From Sphaerochaeta sp. (GTDB taxonomy: Bacteria; Spirochaetota; Spirochaetia; Sphaerochaetales; Sphaerochaetaceae): a stretch of 64,000 bases of DNA. This document shows, piece by piece, positions 6,840 through 17,164 of this stretch. The stretch's first letter is position 1. The number at the start of each line of letters is the position of its first letter. The notes beneath the pieces are model-generated. The model did no database searches. It was not told the origin of the DNA and saw only the letters and a list, made by a program, of their open reading frames with translations. Location: the NCBI RefSeq assembly GCF_036677875.1, contig NZ_JAVBVP010000030.1; one strand, 5' to 3'. A program made the translations under genes and the position numbers.

Positions 6840-7865
6840 ATGACACGCATTGCGTTTTTTGATACAAAACCATATGACAGAGTATGGTTCGACCAATATG
6901 CAGCTGATTTCGGTTTTCAGATCACCTACTATGAGTCAAAATTGAATGAGCAGACTTCGGCATTGGCGGATGATTTCGAGGTGGTCTGCGCTTTTGTGAA
7001 CGACACCATCAACGAGCAGGTTCTCGAGACCTTGTATCAGAAGGGTGTGCGCTTATTGGCCATGCGCTGTGCCGGATACAACAATATCGATTTCAAGGCC
7101 GCCTTCGGGAAAATCCATATCGTCAGGGTACCGGCTTATTCGCCGTATGCCGTTGCCGAGCATGCAATGGCTCTGCTGCTCAGTGCGGTGCGACATACCC
7201 ACCACAGTTACGTCCGCACCCGTGAGTTCAATTTCAGTCTCAACGGGCTGGTAGGCTTCGATTTGCACGGAAAGACGATCGGGGTGGTCGGAACGGGAAA
7301 AATCGGGCGCATCTTCATCGACATCTGCAAAGGATTCGGCATGCAGGTGCTTTGCTTCGATCCCTATCCTGATCCGGCACTGGAGGCACACTATACCGAT
7401 TTTGAAGACTTGTGCCGGCGTAGCGACATCATCAGCCTGCATTGTCCACTGACCGAGGATTCTGTACATTTGATCAATCGACGGTCGATCGGATGGATGA
7501 AGGACCAAGTCGTTTTGATCAACACTTCCCGCGGGGCTCTGGTGGACAGCCATGCCTTGCTCGAAGGAATCAGAAGCAAAAAGATCGGAGCAGCAGCCTT
7601 GGATGTATATGAAGAGGAAGGGGAGGTGTTCTATGAAGATAAAAGCTCGACCATCCTTGACGATGATGTATTGATGCTCTTGATCAGTATGCCCAATGTC
7701 TTGGTGACCAGCCATCAGGCGTTCCTGACGAGGGAAGCGCTTCAGAACATTGCCAAAACCACCTTGACCAGCATCGAGTCATACGTGAAGGGAGAGGTGA
7801 TGGAGCATGAGATCTGTTACCAGTGCGACACTTGCCACAAAATCAGTGGTCAGCGTTGTTTTTGA
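6840..7865 (+). CDS. ldhA: D-lactate dehydrogenase / D-isomer-specific 2-hydroxyacid dehydrogenase
   Basis: GGAAGGAG lies upstream of ATG 6840. NAD-binding motif GVVGTGKIGR. Overall similarity to LdhA (MRCAGYNNID, VPAYSPYAVAEH, TSHQAFLT). Confidence 0.85.
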   Translation: MTRIAFFDTKPYDRVWFDQYAADFGFQITYYESKLNEQTSALADDFEVVCAFVNDTINEQVLETLYQKGVRLLAMRCAGYNNIDFKAAFGKIHIVRVPAYSPYAVAEHAMALLLSAVRHTHHSYVRTREFNFSLNGLVGFDLHGKTIGVVGTGKIGRIFIDICKGFGMQVLCFDPYPDPALEAHYTDFEDLCRRSDIISLHCPLTEDSVHLINRRSIGWMKDQVVLINTSRGALVDSHALLEGIRSKKIGAAALDVYEEEGEVFYEDKSSTILDDDVLMLLISMPNVLVTSHQAFLTREALQNIAKTTLTSIESYVKGEVMEHEICYQCDTCHKISGQRCF

Positions 7866-8466
7866 TCTGGTTCATCGCCCAATGGGCATCCACCTTGCTG
7901 AAGCATCCCTCCTTGGGGATGAATCGTCTGGATGTATCAAGCAGTTGCCGATACAGTTCAGCCTCAACCGACAGGGAACCTGCCAATGCGCCTTGCTCGT
8001 TGATGACCGAAAAAAGCAACTGGCCCTCTTTGTGTTGGTGTTCGGCAAAGAAGAGTCGCACCGAGGAAGCATCAAGCTGCATGCTCAAATACAACTTGCA
8101 CAGTTCTATCGTCCGGTCATCCAATTCGCTGTCAAGCAGCAGGATCTTTTCCTTCAAGCTCGCGGTGTCGGTCACCAACCGAAGGGTATAGGTTTCCCAT
8201 CGGATTCCATCGGCAAACGAATTGTCCAGCTCGGACGATTCACTTTGCGGTGCAAGCAACACGGCAAATTTTCGAGTTTCATCCACCACCAGGCATTCAT
8301 GCAGGACTGAAAATTGCCGATTGCACGCCGGGCAGGTGACGGTGAACAGTGAGTCGGTAAGGATCGCCAACTTTTGTTTGGGTTGCTTGGCCAGATCCAC
8401 AAAGGGGTGCAGCGTATGGCTCTGTTGCTCGTGGCAGTGCGGACAGGCGAGGGTGGCTTGGTGCAT
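7843..8466 (-). CDS. CpXC domain-containing protein
   Basis: Paired CPHC (residues 8-11) and CPAC (residues 45-48) zinc-ribbon-like motifs in the N-terminal ~50 aa. ATG at 8466. Confidence 0.75.
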   Translation of the reverse strand: MHQATLACPHCHEQQSHTLHPFVDLAKQPKQKLAILTDSLFTVTCPACNRQFSVLHECLVVDETRKFAVLLAPQSESSELDNSFADGIRWETYTLRLVTDTASLKEKILLLDSELDDRTIELCKLYLSMQLDASSVRLFFAEHQHKEGQLLFSVINEQGALAGSLSVEAELYRQLLDTSRRFIPKEGCFSKVDAHWAMNQIKNNADH

Positions 8467-8493
8467 GTGCTGACTCTACCATGGCGGGCAGGG

Positions 8494-8520
8494 AAAGAAA
8501 AGGCTCCCTTGCAGGAGCCC
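8494..8520 (-). terminator. Candidate rho-independent terminator/attenuator after rlmL
   Basis: Minus strand reads GGCTCC-tgcaag-GGAGCC followed by TTTTCTTT. It lies between the rlmL stop (8526) and the CpXC start (8466). Confidence 0.5.
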
Positions 8521-8525
8521 AATCA

Positions 8526-10757
8526 TTACTTTTTGCGAATTGCCCGTACCACAGGCTTGCTCTTGGTTGTTTTTACCACTGCACGATGCCTGATCTGGAA
8601 GGTGTAGTGGATCTTCTGGTCGCGTTCGAAGTCAAACCCGATCGTAGACGGGGTGATGTCCTGGACATCAAACTCGTCGATCAACCGTTCATCGAGTCGG
8701 AACTTGCGGTAATTGCAGCTGAAAATCAGCGTCCCCTTGGGATCGAGATGCATCATACAGGCCTTGATCAGTCTGACCTGGTCACGATCCACATCGAAAT
8801 TGTCCCTGCCCGTTCCATTGGAGAAGGTCGGGGGATCACAGAAAATCAAATCATATCGGTCGAAGGTGTCAAAGAGGAACTGCAGGCAATCACTGCGATA
8901 GAAGAAATGATTCATCCCGGTGAAACCATTGAGCTCCATATTCTTGACCGCCCAGTCGAGGTAGGTGGCCGAGGCATCGACACTGACCGTGCTCAAGGCT
9001 CCGCCTTTAGCAGCCTGAACGGTTGCCGTGCCGGTATAGCAGAACAGGTTGAGAAAACGCTTGCCCTGTGCAATGTTGGCGATCTCCGTGCGAATCGGAC
9101 GATGGTCGAGGAACACGCCGGTATCCAGGTAATCGGTGAAGTTGACCAGATACTTTGCCCCCGACTCGTTGACTATGTAGAACTTGTCGGTGCTGGCCAT
9201 CTTCTCGTACTGCTTTTCTCCCTTCTGGATGGTACGTTGCCTGACATAGATACGCTCCCGGTCGACTCCGGTAGCCCGTTCGGTGGCATCGATGAGCTCG
9301 CCCAGTCTTCTGAGAGCATCCTCTGCATCAATGGTAGCGGGAGGTGCATATTCCTGCAGGCTGATGTACTTCTCCTCATACAAGTCGATGGCGGCACTGT
9401 ATTCGGGCATGTCGGCATCGTAGATCCGGTAGCAGGTGACCTGCTGTTCAGCCATTTTCGGCCGTAGGTTCGCCAGATTCTTGACCAAACGGTTGTATGC
9501 CATTTGTGCTCCTTCGCTCAGGGGCAGGGCAAGGCGTTCTGCCTTGCGTTGGATGGCGCGTTCGATCATCTGCTGACGCTCTTCCTCGGTGAATACGTAA
9601 TAATGGGCGATCTGACAGGTTATACCCCCGTTGTTCACCGTGTTGGTCCGGTCCGGTTTCATGTCGACGTAGGAAAGCAGATCCTGTTGTCCACAGAGGA
9701 TTGCAACGTACCAACCGCCGAACAGAGAACTGATTTGTTGACCGATTTTGCGATAGAGAATTTTCAAATCGACATCATTCTGCATGCGGATCCCGTAGGG
9801 AGGGTCGGTGATGATATATCCGGCCTGCTGGGGAACGTCCTCAGCCTTGATGGTGGTGAAATCCTTCACCTGGAAATCGATCAGATGATCGACATGCGCC
9901 AGCTTTGCATGCTTCTTTGCAATCGCAATCGCCTTGGGATCGATGTCCCATGCATGGATGGAAATCTCACGGTCCTTCGCTTTCTCGGCTGCGTCCCAAG
10001 CTTCGTCGACAATCTGTTCCCAAAGAGCCTCGTCATGGATCGGAAGATTGAAGAACGCGAATTTACGGGAGCTGACCAGCCCGGGGGCTTGGTCGCTTGC
10101 CCAAAGGGCTGCCTCGATGGCCAAGGTTCCGCTTCCGCAGAAGGGATCAAGCAAAAGGGGAACCCCTTCGCCTTTCTCCAGAGTCTTTCTCCATTCCGAA
10201 CGATAAATAACCGAACAGGCAAGATATTCGCTCAGTACTGCATCAGTCTGGGCGGCACGGTATCCTCTGCGATAGAGTCCCCTGCCGGAGAAATCAACAT
10301 ACCAGGCGACTGCTTCCCCATCGATGTGGACATGGAAGACGACATCGCTGTCTTCCTTGTCCACCTGTGGCCGTTCACCTTCGAATTTCTCGCGGATGCG
10401 GTCGACGATAGCGTCCTTGAGCTTGATCGCTGCAAAGTGTGAGTTTCTCAGATAGGAAACGTTTTTCACGGTCTCGGTAACCGAGAAGGTGATGTTCGGA
10501 TTCACCCATTCTTCCCAGGGTATCTGCAGGGATGCTTCATACAGATCATCGATATTCTGGACGTCCTCATCCTGAAACAGTCCGAGCAACACGCGGGTCG
10601 CCGTGCGGCTGGTGATGCAGAACCGGTAGGCGGCGGCCAGGTCGGCTGAGAATTCAACCCCTCCACTGACCGTCCTGATATCGGTGGCTCCCGCCTTTCG
10701 GGCTTCCTCCTCGATGATGTCATTCATGTACAAGGCAGATGTGGCAAAGAAAATCAT
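8526..10757 (-). CDS. rlmL: Bifunctional 23S rRNA methyltransferase RlmKL (m2G2445/m7G2069 type)
   Basis: 743 aa. N-terminal THUMP-like region, DPPYG motif (ITDPPYGIR), and a second C-terminal SAM-MTase domain (IFCDPPTFSN). Confidence 0.9.
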   Translation of the reverse strand: MIFFATSALYMNDIIEEEARKAGATDIRTVSGGVEFSADLAAAYRFCITSRTATRVLLGLFQDEDVQNIDDLYEASLQIPWEEWVNPNITFSVTETVKNVSYLRNSHFAAIKLKDAIVDRIREKFEGERPQVDKEDSDVVFHVHIDGEAVAWYVDFSGRGLYRRGYRAAQTDAVLSEYLACSVIYRSEWRKTLEKGEGVPLLLDPFCGSGTLAIEAALWASDQAPGLVSSRKFAFFNLPIHDEALWEQIVDEAWDAAEKAKDREISIHAWDIDPKAIAIAKKHAKLAHVDHLIDFQVKDFTTIKAEDVPQQAGYIITDPPYGIRMQNDVDLKILYRKIGQQISSLFGGWYVAILCGQQDLLSYVDMKPDRTNTVNNGGITCQIAHYYVFTEEERQQMIERAIQRKAERLALPLSEGAQMAYNRLVKNLANLRPKMAEQQVTCYRIYDADMPEYSAAIDLYEEKYISLQEYAPPATIDAEDALRRLGELIDATERATGVDRERIYVRQRTIQKGEKQYEKMASTDKFYIVNESGAKYLVNFTDYLDTGVFLDHRPIRTEIANIAQGKRFLNLFCYTGTATVQAAKGGALSTVSVDASATYLDWAVKNMELNGFTGMNHFFYRSDCLQFLFDTFDRYDLIFCDPPTFSNGTGRDNFDVDRDQVRLIKACMMHLDPKGTLIFSCNYRKFRLDERLIDEFDVQDITPSTIGFDFERDQKIHYTFQIRHRAVVKTTKSKPVVRAIRKK

Positions 10758-11698
10758 AGTCTTCCTCCTCCTGCCTTTGACAACAGGGATGCAAGTTCAA
10801 ATTTCTCATACTGGTAGTGTGTGTTGCAGTTCACACAAACCAACTCAAGGGGAAACGGTCCATTCTCAAGAATGTCTGCTTGATCCTCTTGGTTCAATTG
10901 CTGCAGGTAACGTGTATATTGTTCGCGTGAACACGGGCAGGAAAAGCCGAGTGGTTGATGGGCCAGATGCCGAACGCCCAGCGATGCGAACTGCTCTTGC
11001 ACGTATTCACTGACAGGTTTTCCTTCGGACAGGAACGATCCGAGGGAGGCAAGCCTTCCGGCCGTCTGCTCCAGTTGGGAAAGCACCGCGTCTTCGCAGC
11101 CGGGCATGGCTTGCAGAAAGAGTGCTCCGCTTCCCGTCACCTGACCGGCCGTATCGAAATGAATCGAAAGTACAAACAGTGAAGGAGTCTGTTCCGACTG
11201 CTGATAATACAGGGCGAGATCCTTGGCAAGATCACCATAGGCCATCATGGTCTGGCCCGTGAAGGGCGTCTTGTGTCCTTCCAACAATTTGGAGACCGAA
11301 AGGAATCCCGGTCCGTAAAGTTCGTTGAGGTCGAGACTGGTCAGTTGCCGCTGCAAGGGGATGGGGTTGTGCTTGAGGTATCCGCGAACCGCCCCCACCG
11401 CCCATGCTTCCACAAAGACACCGCCGATGGGGCCTCCGCATTCTATGTTCAGCTGAATTCGGTCGTTGCCTTTGACCGTCGCACTGAGCAAGCCGGCCGC
11501 CAGGTACGCCTGACCCAGCACATAGGTCTCCAAGAGGCCCAGTTCATGATTCTCCCGCATCTGGTTTATCAGGTTTGTTGCTTGGATTGCAGTAACACGA
11601 ATCAAATCGTTATGCAAAAGAAACACCTCGCGCCCATCTTCAGGTAGGGAGGCCAGGTGTTCCTGTAAATCTCTATCTTCTATCTTTTTCTTAATCAT
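10754..11698 (-). CDS. hslO: Redox-regulated chaperone Hsp33
   Basis: Hsp33 fold sequence with the C-terminal zinc centre CPCSRE...CVNCNTHY. Its stop overlaps the rlmL start (ATGA). Confidence 0.9.
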   Translation of the reverse strand: MIKKKIEDRDLQEHLASLPEDGREVFLLHNDLIRVTAIQATNLINQMRENHELGLLETYVLGQAYLAAGLLSATVKGNDRIQLNIECGGPIGGVFVEAWAVGAVRGYLKHNPIPLQRQLTSLDLNELYGPGFLSVSKLLEGHKTPFTGQTMMAYGDLAKDLALYYQQSEQTPSLFVLSIHFDTAGQVTGSGALFLQAMPGCEDAVLSQLEQTAGRLASLGSFLSEGKPVSEYVQEQFASLGVRHLAHQPLGFSCPCSREQYTRYLQQLNQEDQADILENGPFPLELVCVNCNTHYQYEKFELASLLSKAGGGRL

Positions 11699-11709
11699 AC
11701 GGAAGCAGA

Positions 11710-13674
11710 TTAGACAATGACCTCACTTTTTGCAAGAGCTTGGAACTCGCTTCCATTGATTACTTCATTTTCAAGCAACTTGGAGGTGATCAATTCAAGC
11801 GCTTTACGGTTCTTCTCCAGGTTTCCTTTGACGACCTGATAGCGTTCATTGACGATGCGCGCCGTTTCGGTATCAATGTATTCCTGTGCCTTCTCCGAGT
11901 ACTCGCGAGCACCCGAGACCCCAGCGATTCCGCTTTGGGTGGTGGGCAGCGTGATATTCCGATATCGCTCGCTCATCCCGAACTCGGTGATCATGCGACG
12001 GACCAAGTCGCTGGCTCTGCTGATGTCATTGCCGGCTCCTGTGGAAATTTCCTTGAAAATGACTTCCTCGGCAGCCCGGCCTCCCAGCAAGGTGTCGATG
12101 TTGCCCAACAATTCGCTTTGGCTGAGCAGAAAGCGATCCTCGGTCGGATACTGCAGCGTATACCCCAATGCTCCCAACCCACGGGGGATGATGGATATCT
12201 TGCTGACCGGCTCCGCGCCTTCGGTAAGGTAGGCGGTCAGGGCATGACCGGTTTCGTGATAGGCAACCCGTTCCCGTTCCTTGGCGTTGAGCAATCGGCT
12301 TTTTCGTTCCAGTCCCGCCACCGATTTCTCAATTGCTTCTTCCAAATCAGCCTGGGTGACTGCATTGCGTTTTTGGCGAACCGCCAGAAGCGCTGCCTCA
12401 TTGGCGATGTTGGCAAGGTCCGCACCGGCAAGACCGGCGGCACCTTGGGCGATTTTGCGAAGATCCACATCGTCGGCAAGCTTGATGTTTCTGGTATGGA
12501 TCTTGAGAATGGACAGTCTGCCTTCCAAGTCCGGCTTGTCGATCAGAACCTGACGGTCGAAGCGGCCGGGACGGAGGAGTGCAGGGTCGAGAATCTCGGG
12601 ACGGTTGGTGGCGGCCAGAATGATGACACCGGTACGTGAATCGAATCCGTCCATCTCCACCAGCAGCTGGTTCAGCGTCTGTTCCCGCTCATCGTTGCCG
12701 CCGATGCCTGCAGATACGCGAGAGCGGCCGATGGCATCGATTTCATCGATGAAAATAATACAGGGGGAATTTTCCCGTGCTTGACGGAACAGGTCCCGCA
12801 CCCGGGCGGCTCCGACACCGACGAACATTTCGACAAAGTCGGCACCACTCATCTTGAAGAAGGGGACCCCGGCTTCTCCTGCAACAGCCTTGGCAAGCAA
12901 GGTCTTGCCGGTTCCCGGAGGGCCGACCAAGAGGACGCCCTTGGGTATTTTCCCTCCGATTTCCGTATATTTCTCTGGATGCTTGAGGAAGTCCACGACC
13001 TCCTCGAGCTCATACTTGCTTTCATCGGCTCCGGCAACGTCGGCGAACCGTACGCCTGTGTCCCCTTCGGCAACGATCTTCGCCTTGTTCTGATTGAAGG
13101 AGAGGACCCCTTGTCCGCCCTGTCCGCCGAGTTTGGAGAACAGGAAACGCCAGATCAAGAGGACGAATACAAACGGCAACACGTAGGAAAGCAGTGAGGA
13201 AAGCAGGCTTGGTTTTTCCGGTGGGGTGGCGTAGTACTCGACCCCCTTGGAATCGAGCAGGGGTATGAAGGTTGGGTCGTCGACCTTGTAGGTGCTGAAG
13301 GACTGCAAAAGGGTGTTTGCCACCGGCCCCGTCTTGTCCACGGTCAACGTATTGAGGTCACTCACCGCTTGATCCTTGGTGTACGGATAGCCAATGTACT
13401 GCTCCGTCCCGATCGCCACCCGTTTGATCGTCCCGTTTTCTATGAGAGACTTGAATTGGGTGTAGTCAACCGAATAGACATTCGCCTGACGCGTAACCAT
13501 GAAGGTATTCAATACCAGAAAGAGCATGAGGATAACGAAAAAATACCAAAAGGAGAAGGTGAATTTCTTCTTGTCCTTCGGCCCGTTGTCACCCAGGTGA
13601 ACCCCCGGTTCAATATTGAATTTTCGTTTGAATGCTTCTTTCCAGTCTTTATCTTGTTTATTGTCTTTGCTCAT
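11710..13674 (-). CDS. ftsH: ATP-dependent zinc metalloprotease FtsH
   Basis: Walker A GPPGTGKT, Walker [12 protein letters not shown], and HETGHAL zinc motif. I take ATG 13674 ([11 protein letters not shown]) as the start. The in-frame upstream extension to 13884 runs through the divergent SDR gene, so I treat it as non-coding. Confidence 0.95.
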   Translation of the reverse strand: MSKDNKQDKDWKEAFKRKFNIEPGVHLGDNGPKDKKKFTFSFWYFFVILMLFLVLNTFMVTRQANVYSVDYTQFKSLIENGTIKRVAIGTEQYIGYPYTKDQAVSDLNTLTVDKTGPVANTLLQSFSTYKVDDPTFIPLLDSKGVEYYATPPEKPSLLSSLLSYVLPFVFVLLIWRFLFSKLGGQGGQGVLSFNQNKAKIVAEGDTGVRFADVAGADESKYELEEVVDFLKHPEKYTEIGGKIPKGVLLVGPPGTGKTLLAKAVAGEAGVPFFKMSGADFVEMFVGVGAARVRDLFRQARENSPCIIFIDEIDAIGRSRVSAGIGGNDEREQTLNQLLVEMDGFDSRTGVIILAATNRPEILDPALLRPGRFDRQVLIDKPDLEGRLSILKIHTRNIKLADDVDLRKIAQGAAGLAGADLANIANEAALLAVRQKRNAVTQADLEEAIEKSVAGLERKSRLLNAKERERVAYHETGHALTAYLTEGAEPVSKISIIPRGLGALGYTLQYPTEDRFLLSQSELLGNIDTLLGGRAAEEVIFKEISTGAGNDISRASDLVRRMITEFGMSERYRNITLPTTQSGIAGVSGAREYSEKAQEYIDTETARIVNERYQVVKGNLEKNRKALELITSKLLENEVINGSEFQALAKSEVIV

Positions 13675-13723
13675 CGCCCGGTATCCTTGTAAAAGTTGGG
13701 AGAGCACTCCCTCCCACAGCTCA

Positions 13724-13752
13724 AATATACTGTGGCAATTGCCAATCGGCAA
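13724..13752 (-). promoter_or_regulatory. Candidate sigma-70 promoter of the ftsH operon
   Basis: Minus strand reads TTGCCG (13752-13747), 17 nt, TATATT (13729-13724). The spacer contains the palindrome TGGCAATTGCCA. Confidence 0.35.
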
Positions 13753-13776
13753 CCAGGTCGGTATAGTTACAGTTCT

Positions 13777-14490
13777 ATGATGGAACAACCTGTGGTTCTG
13801 ATTACCGGTGGAGCAAAACGTATTGGCAGAGCGCTTGTCCTGCATCTGGTGAAGCAGGGATACCGCATGGTTGTGCAGTATCATACCAGCACAGCGGAGG
13901 CAGAGGAGCTTTGCAGCCTCGGCTATGACCTGAAACTGGTGCAGGCCGACCTACGGCAGAGCGAACTGCTCGAGGATTTCTTCACTCGTGCATGCTCTTT
14001 GTACGGTCGGATCGATCATGTGATCAACAATGCATCGGTTTTTCCCTCCGTTTCGCTGGAACAGACCGACCTGCAGGTGTTCGAACAGGCAATGGCGGTG
14101 CACAGCACAGCCCCCTTCTTTCTTTCCAAGCAGCTGTATCTGCATGTGAAGCAGCGTGGGGGGACGGGGAGCATCATCAACGTGCTCGATACCAAGCTCA
14201 GCAGCCCGACGAGCTCACGACCCGCGTATTACTGCTCCAAAGGTGCATTGGCAATGCAGACCAAGGCGTTGGCCGTTGCGTTGGCTCCCATGATCAGGGT
14301 CAATGCCATCAGTCCAGGTCCTGTGCTCAGCAATGGTGACGACGCCTATTTTTCCAAGATGGAACAGACGCTCCCGCTCAGACGCACCGGTTCGGCTCTG
14401 GATATCTGCAAAGCCGTTTCGTATCTTTTGGAGGCGTCGTTTGTTACCGGTACGGAGCTTTGCGTGGACGGAGGACAAAGACTTTTGTAG
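13777..14490 (+). CDS. SDR-family oxidoreductase (pteridine-reductase/FolM-like glycine motif)
   Basis: VVLITGGAKRIGRAL nucleotide-binding motif and a YxxxK catalytic pair (YYCSK). ATG at 13777. Confidence 0.8.
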   Translation: MMEQPVVLITGGAKRIGRALVLHLVKQGYRMVVQYHTSTAEAEELCSLGYDLKLVQADLRQSELLEDFFTRACSLYGRIDHVINNASVFPSVSLEQTDLQVFEQAMAVHSTAPFFLSKQLYLHVKQRGGTGSIINVLDTKLSSPTSSRPAYYCSKGALAMQTKALAVALAPMIRVNAISPGPVLSNGDDAYFSKMEQTLPLRRTGSALDICKAVSYLLEASFVTGTELCVDGGQRLL

Positions 14491-14587
14491 TTTATGTGGA
14501 GTTGGGTGGCAAAGCGTTGCCGTTTGTATGGGATTTGTAGGATAGTAAATACCAGTGATCGATCGAATATGTGAGGAGTGTGTACCG

Positions 14588-16024
14588 ATGTACAACGTAC
14601 ATGCCAGACGTTTGTTGTTTCTTGCCTGCCTGCTTGTCGTCTCCGTCCCGTTGGTCTCCCTTCCGCTGGATGATCTTGTCCAGAAGGCGCTTGCGCAGTC
14701 GAGCCAGATGCAGGATCTGGAACTAACCAAACAAAACGCCTTGCTTTCCCAAGGTATTTCCCAAGCGAAAGCGGGGGTGGATGTAACACTTTCCAGTGGG
14801 ACAGTCTCGGCAGCATATAATACTACGGCCGGCGCCTACGACCTCAAGACCACCGGGGTAGGTGCGACCTTCGTGTTCCCTGATGACGGGAAGACCACCA
14901 TTGATGTTTCCCTGCCGATCGCCGTCCAGACCCCAGGTTCAGCCTATGCACTCACCCCTTCGGTTGAGGTTTCCCACACCATCACCTACGGCTACACGGC
15001 GGATAACCAGGAGAACCTGCTCAACCAGCAAACCGAGGTATTGGCACTGAGTACCTATGATACGAGCAAGCTGCAATTCACCTCCAGCATCTATACCCAG
15101 ATCTCCCGGATCCTGGCGAATGAACAGTCGATCAAAAAGACACAGAAAGAGATCGCCGACCTGAAACGGTCGGTCGAACAAGCGCTGCAGTTGAAAACGC
15201 TCAAGCAGGATAGTCTTGCCTATCAGGCGCAAACGCAGGCCATCCAAGCAAAGCAGGCTGCTCTTGCATCCTATACAGACACAAAGGAATTGCTGCTCGC
15301 ACAATTCTCCACCCTGACCTCATTCGCCTGGGACGGTGTCCAGGAGATCAAGGAACCGGATTTGAATTTCTCCAGCGAGGTGAACGGCAACAGCTCGGTT
15401 CGTCTGAAGAGCCTTGCCCTTGATTTGGCGAAGGAAGCGCTCAGGCTGAAACAGGCCGAGTTCACCAACAGGAACTTGGTTGTGGGCGGCGGTATCGGAG
15501 GATCTTCGGCCAATGCCGGTTTGATCGTTGGAGTCCCGGCAAAGGAAATGTTGCAGGGATCCGCATCGGCTACCCTGAGTGCCAAACAATTCTCCGTCAC
15601 TGCGAAGGTCTATGCGACCTACGACGTTACCGCCAATGATTTTTCCCCTTCCGTCTCGGTCGGAGGCACCTGGAAGAACAATCCTACTGATGCATCCGAC
15701 CGTCTGACGCTGCAGAAGGCGGAGAACGAAGTCATGCTCGCCCAGCTTGCCTATACCAGCGCCCGGGACGAGTATGCATCCAATGCCGCACAGTTGCAGA
15801 GTGACATAGCCTCCTGGAAGTTGCAGTATGCCTTGCTCAAGCAGACCATCGCCTATGATCAAAATCTGCTGGAACAACAGAAGACCTTGTTTGCAAAAGG
15901 CTTGGCGACGCAGCAACAAGTGGATGACGCCGCCTTCACTGTCGACCAGGATGCATACACCCTGCAGACTACCTTGCTTGAAGGTCTGATTCTGGAGAAT
16001 CGGATCCGTACCATGCAAATCTAA
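14588..16024 (+). CDS. TolC-family outer membrane efflux protein
   Basis: GAGGAG lies 10 nt upstream of ATG 14588. Signal peptide present. Two repeated coiled-coil/beta-barrel halves typical of outer-membrane efflux (OEP/TolC-family) proteins. Confidence 0.8.
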   Translation: MYNVHARRLLFLACLLVVSVPLVSLPLDDLVQKALAQSSQMQDLELTKQNALLSQGISQAKAGVDVTLSSGTVSAAYNTTAGAYDLKTTGVGATFVFPDDGKTTIDVSLPIAVQTPGSAYALTPSVEVSHTITYGYTADNQENLLNQQTEVLALSTYDTSKLQFTSSIYTQISRILANEQSIKKTQKEIADLKRSVEQALQLKTLKQDSLAYQAQTQAIQAKQAALASYTDTKELLLAQFSTLTSFAWDGVQEIKEPDLNFSSEVNGNSSVRLKSLALDLAKEALRLKQAEFTNRNLVVGGGIGGSSANAGLIVGVPAKEMLQGSASATLSAKQFSVTAKVYATYDVTANDFSPSVSVGGTWKNNPTDASDRLTLQKAENEVMLAQLAYTSARDEYASNAAQLQSDIASWKLQYALLKQTIAYDQNLLEQQKTLFAKGLATQQQVDDAAFTVDQDAYTLQTTLLEGLILENRIRTMQI

Positions 16025-16038
16025 GGAGAGAGGATTCC

Positions 16039-17163
16039 ATGCAAGAGACATCCCATGAAGTGAATACAGAACATCAGGTCCGCAACCAACTGCGCAAGAA
16101 AATCAGAAGACAGCGCATCAAGCGCGTCGTCACCACGGTGGTGGTGCTCGCTCTCATTGCTTTGGCTCTCTATCTCTACAGCTTCTATAAGACGAACAGC
16201 CGGTTCCCTTGGGCCCAGGCAAAAGCCCCGGTCACCGCCGTCAAGGAAGTGGAGGCGAAGGTGTATGAGAATACCTTCACCACTACCATCGACCTCTCCG
16301 GTTATGTGGAACCGAACGATACGCAGAAAGTCATTCTTCGTGCAACCGGGACGGTGACGAAGGTCTATGTCAAGGAAGGGGATGTCGTGAAAAAGGGGGA
16401 TGTCCTGATCGCAATAGACGATACCACCCAACAATACAATGTCGCCAATCTGAAGGCTGAACTTGAACAGTTGGAAGTGACCGGAAGCGAACGGGATATT
16501 GAACTTGCGAAACTGAAGCTGCAATCGGCGATGAACAGCCTCGACTATACGAAGGCCTATGCCAACTTCGATGGGGTGGTGGCGGAAGTGAATGTCAGTG
16601 AAGGCGATTATTTCGACGCTGGTTCAAGTGCCATGACCATCATTGACCGTTCCAGTCTGAAAGCGACGGTGGAAATCGACGAAATCGACATGCAATACGT
16701 CAAACTCGGGCAGAAGGCGGTACTGTATTTCGATTCCTATCCTGAATCCTCCATTGAGGCTGATGTGACCTACATCCCCATGCTCGGGCGGTACACCAAC
16801 CAAGGCATCGGTGTGATGGATGTTCAATTGACCATTCCCGATCCTCCTCAATCCATTGCTCCCGGTTACACCTTCGAAGGCAGCATCTCCAGTGAGGGGG
16901 AGACCAAGCTCGTGCTGTTGCCCCAGAGTGCGGTCACCACCACGCGCGGAAGCAGCACGGTGACCAAGAAACTTGCAGATGGCAGTACGGTCAGCGTTCC
17001 GGTTACCGTCAAGTATCTTGGAGAAGGCATCAGTCAGCTGCTCAGTGGAGATCTCAAGGTCGGAGATACCTTGCTGGTCAAACGTACCGATACCTCGGCA
17101 GGCGCCCTTGCCGGATTCGGCGGCGGTTCCCCCGGAGGTTCCATGGGCGTAAGGATGCGCTAA
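16039..17163 (+). CDS. Efflux periplasmic adaptor (HlyD/MacA family)
   Basis: N-terminal TM anchor, a lipoyl-like hairpin ([18 protein letters not shown] ... VSEGDYF), coiled coil and beta-barrel domains. Confidence 0.85.
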   Translation: MQETSHEVNTEHQVRNQLRKKIRRQRIKRVVTTVVVLALIALALYLYSFYKTNSRFPWAQAKAPVTAVKEVEAKVYENTFTTTIDLSGYVEPNDTQKVILRATGTVTKVYVKEGDVVKKGDVLIAIDDTTQQYNVANLKAELEQLEVTGSERDIELAKLKLQSAMNSLDYTKAYANFDGVVAEVNVSEGDYFDAGSSAMTIIDRSSLKATVEIDEIDMQYVKLGQKAVLYFDSYPESSIEADVTYIPMLGRYTNQGIGVMDVQLTIPDPPQSIAPGYTFEGSISSEGETKLVLLPQSAVTTTRGSSTVTKKLADGSTVSVPVTVKYLGEGISQLLSGDLKVGDTLLVKRTDTSAGALAGFGGGSPGGSMGVRMR

Positions 17164-17164
17164 G

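Noticed and set aside
14507-14521. Sigma-54-like element TGGCAAAGCGTTGCC upstream of the TolC-like gene
   Set aside because: Only 9 nt lie between the GG and GC dinucleotides, and sigma-54 promoters need GG-N10-GC. The sequence is also simply a GGCAA/TTGCC hairpin after the SDR gene. Other TGGCAC hits (for example 298, 23502, 40033, 63245) lie inside genes and lack a correctly spaced TTGC.
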